A stretch of 64,000 nucleotides of DNA, taken from positions 384,462,001-384,526,000 of the forward strand of contig OZ024741.1 of assembly GCA_964016885.1 (NCBI GenBank). Reading direction: 5' to 3'. A program made the position numbers and the translations under genes. Source of the stretch: Eledone cirrhosa. Its lineage: Eukaryota. How positions within the stretch are numbered: the first letter of the stretch is position 1; the number at the start of each line of letters is the position of its first letter. Of this stretch, positions 1 through 12,934 are shown one piece after another. Below the pieces are notes generated by a model. It did not search any database, was not told the DNA's origin, and saw nothing but the letters and a program-made list of their open reading frames with translations.

Positions 1-132
1 AACAAAAAAGGAACAAGAAACTAATTTGCTCTTTTCTCTCTTTCTCTCTCTCCTATACACACACACACACCCACATATCAACATATACACACACACACAC
101 ATGTATACACACACACATATATTTATATATAC

Positions 133-985
133 TCCCTCGTCACCTCCGCCTTCTTCAAGCCCACCGACTCCCACTCTTACCTCGACTTCACCTCTTCCCA
201 CCCCTCACACACTAAACACTCTATTCCCTATTCCCAACTCCTCAGGATCCGCCGCCTCTGTAGCCGAGATGCCGACTTTGAGTCCCAGGCCCTTTCCCTA
301 GTCAGCCATTTCATCCGCAGAGGTTACCCCCCCCCCCCCCCCCCCTCTCGTCCACACCGCTCTCACCCGCGCCCGTGCTGTCCACCGCTCCACCACCCTC
401 ACCCCACGCCACCGCACACCCACCCACCGTCTCCCCTTCCCCATCACGTACCACCCCTCCACCGCACCATCCTCCGCCTCTTCCGACGCCTCCAGCCCGA
501 CCCCTCCACCTCTCATATCTTCCCAGCCCCACCACTCCTCTCCTTCAAACGTGCACGCAATCTCCGCACCCTCCTCGTCCACAGCTCCCTACCCCCAACC
601 CACGCTCTCTTCCCCCCCCCCCGGTTCCTTTCCAGCTGCAACACCTGTCCCCACATCACCAACACCACCACCTTCCAGGGTCCCAACGGCCACTCTCTCT
701 CTGTCAAGTATGCCTTCCGCTGCACCTCCTCCAGCCTAGTCTACGGAATTCGCCTGGCGGACAGATTTACTGAGCACCTCCGGGATATTCGTCTCGGTGG
801 TAGTTCCCCCATCGCCCGCCACTTTGGTGCCCCTGGACATTCCGCACGCTATCTCACAGTCTGTGGCCTACTCCAATGCCACGGAACACCCGCCAATCTC
901 CTAAGAGTTGAACAACGAACCATCTTCATCTTACAGACCCACACTCCCCCCCCCCGGCCTGAACTCCCCACCCTTATTCCTTTAG
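133..985 (+). pseudogene. PLE RT C-terminus/thumb + Cys linker + GIY-YIG endonuclease, frameshifted
   Basis: Manual translation across frames: FFKPTDSHSYLDFTSSHPSHTKHSIPYSQLLRIRRLCS...FIRRGYP...PITYHP...HIFPAPPLLSFKRARNLRTLLVHS...PGSF..CNTCPHI...FRCTSSSLVYGIRLADRFTEHLRDIR..SPIARHF...EQRTIFILQTHTP.GLN. These are characteristic PLE motifs; the CxxC-YIGET segment is missing. Confidence 0.9.
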
Positions 986-2407
986 CCTTCGACCGCCCCC
1001 CTTCCCCCACACATATCCCCCACTAACACCACTAACACACCCCTCCTTTTCACCGCCCACCCCACAACTAACAATACTAACACCTCCACTCCACCCCACA
1101 TCCGACCACCCTTCCCCACCTAACATACTAACATCCCTCCCTTCTTCTCCTCCCCCTCCTTATCACACGCACACACCCACCGGCACATATATACACGCGT
1201 TCACACTAAACACACACCCTACTACCACCACTAACCCTCACCCCCACACATCCACCCCACCACCCCACAACTAACATCACTAACACCCCCTAACCCCAAG
1301 CACATGAACACACACACCCACTTACACCACCCACCCTACACGCAACTAACATCACTAACACCCCCCAACCTTACGCACACGTACACACACATCCTCTTAC
1401 ACCACTCACTCTACACACCCTACCACCACTGACCCCCACTCACACCCGCATTCAACCCTTTCTCCACCTCCTGTATACTAACACCCACTAACACCCCCTT
1501 CACCAAACACACACACCAGTACACCACACTCCCTCCATCGACCCCCACACCCTTCTCTCCCCGCTCCACCCACACCCTTTCTCAAACTCTCACTCATCCC
1601 ACTAACATCTCTACTAATACACACACACCCCTCCTCACTCCAACTTTCACACCTACCCATCCTCTCCCCTTTACCATTCTACCCTACTGCTGCTATGCCC
1701 TCTGACCACCTCCCGCACACACAGACACACAAGACCCCTCCTGCCTTGACCACTTCCTGTTGCGTGCGCACCCCACATCTCCCCTCTTCCGACCAATCTC
1801 TTCATGGATTACACGTATGTGAACCTTGATCCCAGAATCCACCACATCAAAGGATTTTACTAAGCATTCCACCACATCTTCTTACGGAATCACCTTTATG
1901 ACTCACACACACACACACCCAAAAATAATTTTTTTCCCACACGCCACCTACACCCACAACACGCTTAAACACCACATACACACGTGCGTACCACCACATA
2001 TTTACACATTCAGCCTCCAGATTCCTCTCCCCCCCCTCCCACCCCTCTATCCACACACGCACACACACTCCGACCTACATCCCACCCCACACACACCTCT
2101 TCCTGAACATGCAACCCCGTTCTTCCTCCAACCCTTGCTTTCATATACACACACACACACACGTACACAGACACACCACTTCAGCCCTCCCCGCTCGGAC
2201 ACCCCGTCTTCCTCTCCCCACTCCACCCGCCACCACCCCTACACGCCCACACCCTTCCACCACCTGTTTTACCCCATTTTAATTTTATTTTGATCATGCC
2301 TTTATTTTTAATTTCATTTGCACCGTTGCCTCTCACCCCCTTTTTGCTATATGTCTCTCCACCACTCCCCTACACACCCTTTGAACTCTCTTCCCACACA
2401 CTTTTCA

Positions 2408-2438
2408 CCTGAAGAAGGGGTTATGCCCGAAACGTCGT
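2408..2438 (+). ncRNA. Minimal hammerhead ribozyme in PLE pLTR
   Basis: CTGAAGA-A-GGG-GTTATG-CCC-GAAACGTC; palindromic ACGT stem III, GUC cleavage triplet; stem I not evident. Confidence 0.75.
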
Positions 2439-2617
2439 TCCCCACCACCACCCCACTCTCAAGAGCGTGAAATTAATAAACATTTGTTTTACTGCCTCTC
2501 TGTTTTGTTCCCGTTCAATTTTTCATTATATATATATATATATTAAGTTAAAGAAACCATAATACAAGGATGCAAAAAAACATTCTTTTTAGTACCACGC
2601 TTAGGAGGAAGTATATA

Positions 2618-2674
<57 letters not shown>

Positions 2675-2697
2675 TAGAACACTGGGGGCTTATATCC

Positions 2698-2779
<82 letters not shown>
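2698..2779. repeat. (TAG)n microsatellite
   Basis: Direct reading of a perfect GTA/TAG run. Confidence 0.95.
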
Positions 2780-3227
2780 AGAACTCAGTCCATGGGACGA
2801 GTTTGGTAGAAGTAGTTCCATAACAGTTAGTTCACCTTACTGAGAACAAATGTTTCACCTTATTCGGATCCTCAATTCGGTCTGACCGATAACTGTTGTG
2901 AAACTACTTCTATATATGTGTGTGTGGGGGGGGGGTGTATATAAGGAAAAGAAATCGAAAATGTACACGTAACTGGAGTCTTTTTAAGAATATTTATTTC
3001 TCGAAACTTTGGTTTCGGCACGTGAACCAAGGTTTCTCGAATATTTAATTCTCGCAGATGTGAGAAAACCCACAAACACTCCATCTCAATTCTACTTTTG
3101 AAAAGCATAAGAGCCGTGAAACTGGTAAAGGAAACAAATAAACATCCTTAAAAAGACACCGGTTGCATTTTATAGTTTCACTTGTGTAGGACATCTAATT
3201 TTTTTATTTTAAAAAAATACTCATTTT

Positions 3228-3874
<647 letters not shown>

Positions 3875-3881
3875 CATAGAT

Positions 3882-3966
<85 letters not shown>

Positions 3967-4050
3967 GGAGGTGAGTTTTATTGTAGTACAATAGAGCAAT
4001 GCAGATATCGGATAAGAAGCACTCTACAGTTTGTAGGACTGGAGTATACA

Positions 4051-4296
4051 TAATATATAAGATCAAAAGATGGTTAAAAGAGTTCCATGTATTTTATTAT
4101 GCGCATTTCAAAAACAAATATCATCATGCAATAACATTTGTGTTTTCATCAGATAAAATAGGAAGACATGATATGAAGGTTAAAAAACACTTGTGAATAG
4201 TGCAGTTTTAAATCAACATATGATATATATGATGATATTTGTTTTTGAAATGCGCATAATAAAATACATGGAACTCTGTTAACCATCTTTTAATCT

Positions 4297-4305
<9 letters not shown>
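4051..4305 (-). mobile_element. Non-coding hammerhead element with inverted arms
   Basis: Arms 4051-4127 and 4229-4305 are near-identical inverted copies; the right arm begins in the hammerhead stem II loop; abuts (TA)n. Confidence 0.75.
4090..4160 (-). ncRNA. Type I hammerhead ribozyme
   Basis: Minus: TATTTTAT-CTGATGA-AAACACAAATGTTATT..GATGATATTTGTTTTT-GAAATGCGCATA-ATAAAATA. Perfect 8-bp stem I, palindromic ATGCGCAT stem III, AUA triplet. Confidence 0.85.
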
Positions 4306-4379
<74 letters not shown>

Positions 4380-4448
4380 CGTAGGTCCCGGGTTGAGTCG
4401 GGGATAACCACAGTAAGTAAGGTACTCAATACATGGCAGATTAAAATA

Positions 4449-4508
4449 TATTTATTGTATAGAAGGAGCTTCTACAGTCCTGTAGAAGCTCCTTCTATAC
4501 AATAAATA
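4449..4508. repeat. Perfect 29-bp-arm hairpin palindrome
   Basis: TATTTATTGTATAGAAGGAGCTTCTACAG-TC-CTGTAGAAGCTCCTTCTATACAATAAATA. Confidence 0.9.
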
Positions 4509-5066
4509 GATATATATATATATATATATACTGTGGTATAAGCTTGGTTGAAATATTCAAGGGCATTAGCACTCAGTCCATACGACGAGCAAAATTACCT
4601 GCCCTTGAAGAGATCTCGCATATTTTCTAAAAAAAAACAGAAAACACAGTCAGCCGTGGAAGTAGCTATTTTGTTTTTATATGACAAGCTGATGAGTTGG
4701 GGTGTATAACCAAAAGAAACCTTAGTCACTGTTGTAACTAATTTTATGTGTGTGTGTGTGTGTGTGTAATCTGAGTTTTTCGAATATTAATAATAATATT
4801 CGATTCGTTTGCAATTATGCAAACACCATCTTTTATAAGCCATGTCAGTAGAATGAGCCCCTCGTTCTCGCATTTGTGTTGGCATGTAAACAGAAATACA
4901 GACACTAATGTTTCTGTGTGATTATATATATATATATATATAAATCAAGATGGATTCAGTTTGAAACTGTGAAACTGAATAGAGATTTACTCTAGAGTAA
5001 TCGATACTTGGTGTAGTTGAGTATGGTATATTATCCCGATTCTTTATTATTATTATTATATTATAT

Positions 5067-5260
5067 AAGGCGGTGGATTGGCAGTATCGGTAGATAGTCG
5101 GACACCATGCTTTGAGGCATAGAGTTACGGCCCTTTCCATTCTGAGTTCAAATCCCGCCGAGGTTAACTTTGCCTTTCATCCTTACGGGGTTGATAAAAT
5201 AAAGTACTAGTAATACACTAGGATAATTGCTGGCCTTGTGCCAAAAGTAGAAACAATTAT
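5067..5260 (+). mobile_element. tRNA-derived SINE (Meta-domain-like core)
   Basis: B-box GAGTTCAAATCCC, core TTTGCCTTTCATCCTTACGGGGTTGATAAAATAAAGTAC, (ATT)n tail; second copy at 24175-24393. Confidence 0.75.
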
Positions 5261-6508
5261 TATTATTATATTATATATATATATTATTATATATATAGAG
5301 AGAGAGTGAGAGAGAGAGAGAGAAAGAGAGAAAGGAGAGAAGGGGGAGAAGAGGGAAAGAGCTTATGACATAACCCCCCCGCTTCCTTTTAACTTCAAAC
5401 TTAATTACGTTTTCATCAGATTATAACCTGCTTCATAATTATCATGATCAGTATCGTACATTAACATATATATACCCTACATATAACGTGTATGCATCTG
5501 CACATGCGTGTGTCCATTATGGCTGAGAGTATACACATACATGTTCCTGTTACTTTCGTACAGGTACAAACCTATACATACAGACAAATGCATACATCTA
5601 TGGGTATGAACTCACAAGAGCATACTCCAAATTCATATACAAAATAAATCAGACCCACCGTGCTTTTGCGTGTGAATTGTTCTACGTGCGTGTTTTTCTA
5701 AGTATAAAATCTTTAACGGTAGTATAACCGGTCATGGCGATTGGTGTAATGGCGTTACATTACATTTGAATCACGTGTTTCGTTTGTTAGTATCGATAAT
5801 ATACCCAAGCAATGGCCATAATTCGGTATATATATATATAAGTGTGTGTGTGTTGGTGTCTGTGTGTGTAAGATTGTGTAGGTGTGATTGTGCGTGGGTG
5901 TGTGTGCGTATTCATATACCATAGAATTCTGTTGATGGTGTAAAGTTTAAATAGAAATAACAGTTATTCATAATATCTTTAAGTGTTCATATCCATTAAA
6001 TACATATATATATATACATAAATACATACATTTATATATATATGTGTGTTTATATATAAGCGCGCGCGTGTGTGTGTATGTATTGGCAGCATGCTACATG
6101 TGAATAACGTGAAACCTTCTATCTACTTGATATTCCAGCTATATAGTATAATAGCCAACATTTTGTTCTAATATGTCTTTGACTGATTGAAATGGCTATA
6201 GCCTTAAGATGTACTATTAACCTAGCATCTCTCTTCTAAATCTTTAAACACATTCATATTAATGGATATAAAATTTGTCTACTTTTTTTTTTCTCATTGG
6301 TTTTTATGTATATGTGTGAATGTCTGCACGCATACAGAACAGAATAATCTATCAAGATATTTCAGAATTTCAATAGATATTTGTTTGTGTGAGTGTGGGT
6401 TGTATGTGTGTGTAGGTGTCTGGTGAGGGTTTGTGTGTGTGTCTGGGTGTAGATGTGGGTGTACAATTAAAAGCAAATATATATGTTGCCTGAAGAACGC
6501 TTATTTCA

Positions 6509-6539
<31 letters not shown>

Positions 6540-6565
6540 TGTATGTATGTATGTATGTATGTATG

Positions 6566-8100
6566 TTAGGTTGCTTTACAGCGCTACTGGTAACGTATAA
6601 GCTAGTACAACCTGTTGCAGGGTCGGGTCGTCGGCAACTGAACTGGCAACACCATCACGCTAACATGGTAAGGAGGGTGATTTTTTGATATCTTGCGAGA
6701 GGAAAAACAACACTCGTCAAAGGGCATAGGAACTCATGAGTGTCAACGGCTAACCAAAGTTTACTAGGAGAGAGAAACGCTGGTAGAAAACCTGAAGATG
6801 AATCAGTTGCTGGTCGTCCCTACCTATGTTGAGCCATCGGCTTCTCTTGCAGGTTCTGTTTGAAACGTGGACGTGGTTCTATGAATCTTCCTGATGCAAC
6901 ATTTTACGAAGCTTCCGCATGATATCTCCGATCAGACAATGGCATTTAGGTAACCGCTTAGTTTCAATCATTTTATGACTTTGGTCAGTGTACTCTTGCA
7001 CGGTGCCGAGCTGGAATAGATAAATTTTACGCGGATCTGAGATAAGTCTTTAAAAATTGAGTGATTTGAATATTCGTGGTGGATGTGACTCCACAACATG
7101 GAGCAACAGATATCGTGATGGAATGGTAAAGTGTAATAGCAATAGACTTTTCTTGTTGCAGGTGTGCCAGGAATTCGATCTTGTCAAAGAAAACTCATGG
7201 TTCAGACAAGAACAAGCACAAAGAGACCTGGATTCACCCACGTTCACGTTATTGGCATATTATTGCCTATGTAATTGTAAGATGTAAGGATTTGCGGGAT
7301 GTCAGATCTATCCGTTGTATGAGAGGGGCAGAGTATTTGGCGGACCACCATCTCCTAAAAGCAACACTCCATGTTCTTTTTCGGAAGAAGATGAAACACA
7401 TCGATGTCAAAGTGAAGAGACATATAAACTGACCAGAAAAACGAAAGAATTTTCAAGATGCAGTTCAGCAAATTAAAGTCACCAACAGTGTTGATGCATG
7501 TCTGTCTTTCAGCAAACAGCTTTATGAGGCAGCGGCCATGGCTTTGGGTTATGCAGAGAAAAAACATTAGGACTGATTTACTGTTAATGAAGCCTTCTAA
7601 AGGAAAGGAAAACATTTCTAGACAAGTTCTTGTCACGCTTGAAAGAAGGTACACAAACATCTCAGCTGGAGAAAGCTTTTAAAGCAGCCATGGGCAACCT
7701 GCGGCCCGCGAAGCTTTCTGAATGGGTCGCCTAAGTGACCTAAGTGAAGTCTTTCTGACTTTTTTACCCCAACTTTTCAGTCATAATTTATCTTTCTATC
7801 ACTTTTACGATCGATGACGACAACGTGTACGAATTCTGAAGAAACAAATCAAAACAACCTAAGTTATTGCCCTTTTTTTAATGTGGGCACGAATGTAAAT
7901 TAGTGCTTGCGGCCTGCCTGATGATGACCCATATCTCATGCGGCCCGCTTCTCGAAAAATGCCCATGCCTGTTTTAAAGAATGTAAGGCGCAGGTGTAGC
8001 ATGAACTTCAGGCAGCAAAAGATTCATAGTGGCACAATAAAGCCCACCACATACAAGCCTCAACGGAATGGTGAGATGCTAAATCAGTATATCACAAACT
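6566..8100 (+). mobile_element. Decayed RTE-clade LINE: 5'UTR and AP-endonuclease remnant
   Basis: 7050-7370 translates (two frames) to SDLNIRGGCD..W...KCNSNRLFLLQVCQEFDLV.ENSWFRQ / KHKETWIHPRSRYWHIIAYVIVR.KDLRDV...MRGAEYLADHHLL, matching RTE APE motifs (GDFNARVG, TWxHPRS, DH). The 5' end follows (TATG)n; the 3' boundary is approximate. Confidence 0.85.
7685..7971. mobile_element. hAT (Charlie-like) MITE nested in the RTE remnant
   Basis: TIRs CAGCCATGGGCA / TGCCCATGCCTG, subterminal TGCGGCCCGC motifs, 8-bp TSD TTTTAAAG at 7677-7684 and 7972-7979. Confidence 0.9.
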
Positions 8101-8438
8101 GCGCACAGTATCTGACCTACCCAATACAGTTTTTGCCCCACTGCGGGTGGAGTATATTCATATGGTAATTCAACAATATAACACCATGTTTACCATAAGA
8201 TCTAGCTGTGAAATGGTATGTATGATATAATTTCAACTTTTCCCCTTATTCTTATGAAGAATTCGCCTCCCGATGAAGAAACTTGAATCCTTCCAATATT
8301 GGTTATTCCAATGTCTTGGAATTCCTGGTGTTGTATCTTGAGTTTCAGAAACCATGGTCGGGCATTATATAAGTTAAAATTGACTTTTTTAGCCGATTTG
8401 GCTTCTATCTCCCACAAAATGAGATTTCGGCTTAAGCT

Positions 8439-8489
<51 letters not shown>

Positions 8490-8493
8490 GTGT

Positions 8494-8531
<38 letters not shown>

Positions 8532-8537
8532 TTGTGT

Positions 8538-8689
<152 letters not shown>

Positions 8690-8707
8690 GTGCTGACTCT
8701 CTATTGA

Positions 8708-9008
8708 TTATGACGACGAGTGTTCCAGTTATTCGGTCAACAGAACTGTCTGATCGTGGAATTAACATACAAGTTGCTGAGCACTCCTCAGGCCCGAAAC
8801 TTTTAAGCGTAATTCTCAACATAGCACATTATGTGAGATGACTGACCCTTTGAATTACAGGTACAACTCATTTTTTCCAGCTGAGTGGGCTTAAGTAAAG
8901 TAAAATAAAGTGTCTTGCTCAAAGACACAACACATCATTCGGTCCCAGAATCGAATTCATGGCTTTACCATCGTTAGTCTAAGATCTTAACCACTAATAC
9001 ACGCACCG
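8708..9008 (-). mobile_element. tRNA-derived SINE (CORE-like)
   Basis: Minus strand has tRNA-like head (TAGTGGTTAAG...GAATTCGATTC) then TTGTGTCTTTGAGCAAGACACTTTATTT...CACTCAGCTGG; head and core are shared with 25646-25915. Confidence 0.7.
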
Positions 9009-9465
9009 AATCCAAAATTACACTTCAGAACTTCTATATCCTCTATGGAAGCATTTCCATAGCAATGCATCTGTTAGTATACAAGACATGACATCCTAGA
9101 TATAAGAAAATATTTCTACATGAGTGTTGCCGCCATATATAGCTCGATGTTTCATCATTCCACATCCGTATAACCAGACCTTTCAGAAAATATCAAGAAC
9201 ACTTGAAAATGTTTTATTTCACAGTCTTTTTTTATTGAATGATAGTGCATCTACGGTGGATTTCATGTATGTATGTTTTGGTTAAAGTATACATAGCTGA
9301 TTGCAGACAGATATATTTACCGCACCAAGAACCAAAGACAATATCAAAATCTCAAGTTGGTCAACATAATTAGGAAATATTTTCAAATCTATTTATTTAT
9401 TCAAATCTATACACAAACATAGAAAGTCGAATAGATATGTGTGTACTTGTGTGTGTGTGTGTCAG

Positions 9466-9533
<68 letters not shown>

Positions 9534-9535
<2 letters not shown>

Positions 9536-10059
9536 AGTATGTATGTATGTGTACGTACATACATATATGTATACAGACGTACAGTAGTATGTATATATAT
9601 ACATACATGCACACATGTATATATGCACGTATCGGTTTACCGAACATTTATTATAATGCTCGGTTTGTTTGTAAACAAACAAACAGCCCGAATTACGCCG
9701 TACAGTGTTTAGGCATCTGGCAGGAAGGTATACGATGCTGACTATATCTAATAAGCTTGAAACTAGCACATCGTTCCTGTGTCAGTGTTGAACAAAAAGA
9801 TGACGTGGTTGCCTAAACAGTGTACGGCGTAATTCGGGCTGTTTGTTTGTTTACAAACAAACAAACCGAGCATTATAATAAATGTTCGGGAAACCGATAC
9901 GAGCATATATATATATATGTGTGCATGTATGTATATATATACATGCTACTGTATGTCTGTATACATATATGTATGTACGTATACATACATACTTACATTT
10001 AAGTAAGTGCCGTACGTAGTAAGAGTGAGAAATGAAATTTCGTTTCATTCTATTCCATT

Positions 10060-10062
<3 letters not shown>
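9534..10062 (+). mobile_element. Hammerhead element family B, copy 1 (inverted arms, mutated ribozyme)
   Basis: Inverted arms 9534-9715 and 9810-9995; spacer holds ACGATG-CTGACTA-TATCT..AGCTT-GAAACTAGCA-CATCGT (9732-9774); flanked by (TA)n on both sides; homologous to 20832-21740. Confidence 0.8.
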
Positions 10063-10122
<60 letters not shown>

Positions 10123-10365
10123 GATAACAAGTTATCGTTATAAGTAATCCAGTTATAGGTTGTGAGTTCTCTGCATCGTGGCTAGTTTTAACGTACGGCT
10201 TTGTTTGACTCAACAAGATGCTTCCATAGTTATGCAGCGAGTTTGCGGTAATTTCTATGCACGTTAGCGATTAGCGAACTCTAGACTCACCTGATCAACG
10301 AAACAATTGTCCGTACTTTAAATAAAGCCCTTATTGTACACCCAACCATGTTACTCTTCATTCTT

Positions 10366-10522
<157 letters not shown>

Positions 10523-10701
10523 ATTATAATTGAATATAAAAGAAAAACGAACACAGATATATACATATATGTTTTCAAATCGCAAGGGACCAGATTCGCT
10601 AAGGTGAAAAGAATACTAACTATAGACAATTGGGTTTGCTTGTCTCAATTTAAGAAAAAATCAAGAAAATAAATACAAACCGGAATTTTGGTAACTACTG
10701 A

Positions 10702-10782
10702 TCACCTAGACAGCTTGGTGCTGTTTCGCAATACTAATTAATTGTGAATAGAAATACCAATTCTTGCTCATCAGTGGCTGAC
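10702..10782 (-). ncRNA. Type I hammerhead ribozyme
   Basis: Minus: TCAGCCA-CTGATGA-GCAA...TTGC-GAAACAGC-ACCAA-GCTGTC-TAGGTGA. Stem III ACAGC/GCTGT, GUC triplet; stem I imperfect. Confidence 0.85.
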
Positions 10783-10800
10783 AAATTCTTTTATATTCAA

Positions 10801-11815
10801 CTAGCAGTAAAGCCCGGCGTTGCTCGGGGTCGCTCAGTAGCTGTGTTAAAGTTACAATGTTAAGTTTCTTTCTTGGCTTAAAAACTGTAGTCTCTACTGT
10901 GCAGACTTGCATGTGGTGTTTTTGATTAATATTCCCCCAACCAACAATATGCCTTATGAAGTTAAGAAGACATAACGATAACCCGAATGTTATAACAAAA
11001 GAGGATGCTGGGGATAGAAACTGCACTGGTTATTTATTAACAAAGATCGAAAATGTAAACACTGCAACGCAGAGAAAAACATTAGCGTAACCAAATTATC
11101 AGTTATGTCTGTCTGCACGCCTATATCACCTCTCTGCACGACTGTCTGTCTGCACGCCTATATCACCTCTCTGCACGGCTGTCTGTCTGCACGCCTATAT
11201 CACCACTCTGCACGACTGTCTGTCTGCACGCCTATATCACCTCTCTGCACGACTGTCTGTCTGCACGCCTATATCACCTCTCTGCACGACTGTCTGTCTG
11301 CACGCCTATATCACCTCTCTGCACGACTGTCTGTCTGCACGCCTATATCACCTCTCTGCACGACTGTCTGTCTGCACGACTGTCTGTCTGCACGCCTAAC
11401 GACGAAATATTTGCTTGTTTTACGTAGTCTTTAAATAGACTTGTTTTCAAGTAAAAATATTGTTTTAAAATGCTTTTAAATGGAAATGAAGCTAAACGGA
11501 AGCTTAGTGTTCGAACTGATGAATGTGTTAATGTCATTTTAAACGCTGAGAAAGCCAGCGTAATTTTTTACGTAAGACGCTCAATGTAAACAGAACAAAG
11601 GGAAATAACTGATCACTTACGCTCAAAAATCGATACATTATATTCGATTTCGTCACATAGGGTGGGTCAATTTGAAATTTTTTTTCTCCGATGTCTTCGC
11701 TAGGGCTCAATGTACAAGTATAGCAATTTCGGTGCAATTCCGTGAGAGATTCTAAGAGGAGATGTGTGCCAAAAATCGGTAGACAGACAGACAACCACAG
11801 TTTTATATATATAGA
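10801..11815 (-). mobile_element. Non-autonomous Helitron
   Basis: Minus strand starts TC(TATATATATAAAA) and ends with GC hairpin CCCGAGCAACGCCGGG then CTAG. Inserted between A and T with no TSD; the empty site is visible at 12311-12350. Confidence 0.9.
11106..11397. repeat. 37-bp minisatellite (~7.5 copies) inside the Helitron
   Basis: Unit TGTCTGTCTGCACGCCTATATCACCTCTCTGCACGAC starting at 11106, 11143, 11180, etc. Confidence 0.95.
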
Positions 11816-12072
11816 TTATAATATACGGCTCGGAAAAATCTTTCTTAGAGCTATTTTATTGTAAGAGACTATTTTGAGTTCCTAACTCAATATATACCTT
11901 TGATATATTCGGCTCCGTTAATTTGTTGAGCTATTTCAAATGTCGAATAAATCTGGCTGCTATTTTTAGTGGTGTAAGTTTGTTAGACACGCTAAGATAC
12001 CATGTGCGTTATTATATATAGCACACTATTCAGTTACTTAATATACTTAGAAGTGTCTAGGATACTAATTTG

Positions 12073-12152
12073 TCACCCACTGATGAGCAAGAATTGGTAT
12101 TTCTATTCACAATTAATTAGTATTGCGAAAGAGCACCACGCTGTCTAGGTGA
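12073..12152 (+). ncRNA. Type I hammerhead ribozyme (stem III mismatch)
   Basis: TCACCCA-CTGATGA-GCAA...TTGC-GAAAGAGCACCACGCTGTC-TAGGTGA; sister of 10702-10782. Confidence 0.75.
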
Positions 12153-12868
12153 TTCGTAGTTACCACAATTCCGGTTTGTATTTATTTTCTTGATTTTTTC
12201 TTAAATTGAGACAAGCAAACCCAATTGTCTATAGTTAGTATTCTTTTCACCTTAGCGAATCTGGTCCCTTGCGATTTGAACACATATATGTATATATCTG
12301 TGTTCGTTTTTCTTTTATATTCAATTATTATATACGGCTCGGAAAAATCTCTTTCTTAGAGCTATTTAATTGTAAGAGATTATTTTGAGTTCCTAACTCA
12401 AATATATACCTTTGATATATATATATATCCTAAACGGACGGCAGTCCGTTTAGTAATATTGTTGTGGTCAGGTTTTCGTTGGCAATCGTCTGTTTACGAC
12501 AGTACAGCGCGGCTCTACTTTATTTAACTGAGATAAAACTTATATGAGCATGAACAGTAGATCATTACGCATCTTTTGGCTTAAAAATCTAGAAATTTGG
12601 TCCAGCGGGAAAAAGTTTATAATCAAAGTTTGCTGATAAATCTTGTGTTCAAGTGAGTGAGTAGTAAGCGTGACGCTAGGGGAGGTAATTACGAGGTAAT
12701 TACAAGGGGAGGTAATTATCAGTTGTTAATGCTCACCTACTAAATATTATCTAATATATTTCAAATTGTATTTTTAACTAAATTTATTTATCATAGTCTA
12801 ATATTTTTAAAATAGGTGAGTGCTCCACGATGATGACCCATGTCCCCGCCATGTGGAGGGGATGCTTA

Positions 12869-12934
12869 GGAGCCATCCAGATATCATGTGACCATTTTTG
12901 GTTCGCGGTGTCCACATGATATCTGGATGGCCCT
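12869..12934. mobile_element. Tiny MITE (PIF/Harbinger-like)
   Basis: Inverted repeat GCCATCCAGATATCATGTG / CACATGATATCTGGATGGC with TTA on both flanks. Confidence 0.55.

Larger units (their letters stand above)
131..2528 (+). mobile_element. 5'-truncated, decayed Penelope-like retroelement (Neptune-like) with long C/A-rich 3' region and terminal hammerhead
   Basis: Starts right after a TA run. Frameshifted RT-thumb/GIY-YIG coding at 133-985, hammerhead core at 2409, AATAAA near 2475, ends in (TA)n. Confidence 0.85.

Noticed and set aside
26-773. Pro-rich ORFs 26-301, 375-773, 551-739 and their antisense ORFs as host genes
   Set aside because: Off-frame readings of the frameshifted PLE pseudogene.
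4681-4735. CTGATGA-GTTGG..CCAAAA-GAAACCTTAGTC hammerhead candidate
   Set aside because: Core motifs are present but stems I-III are all mismatched; possibly a decayed copy, not counted.
5385-5420. Minus-strand CTGATGA-AAAC..GTTT-GAAG
   Set aside because: No credible stem I or stem III and an altered GAAA; likely chance.
11106-11397. 37-bp repeat of CRISPR-like length
   Set aside because: Units are contiguous with no unique spacers, there are no cas genes, and it lies inside a Helitron.
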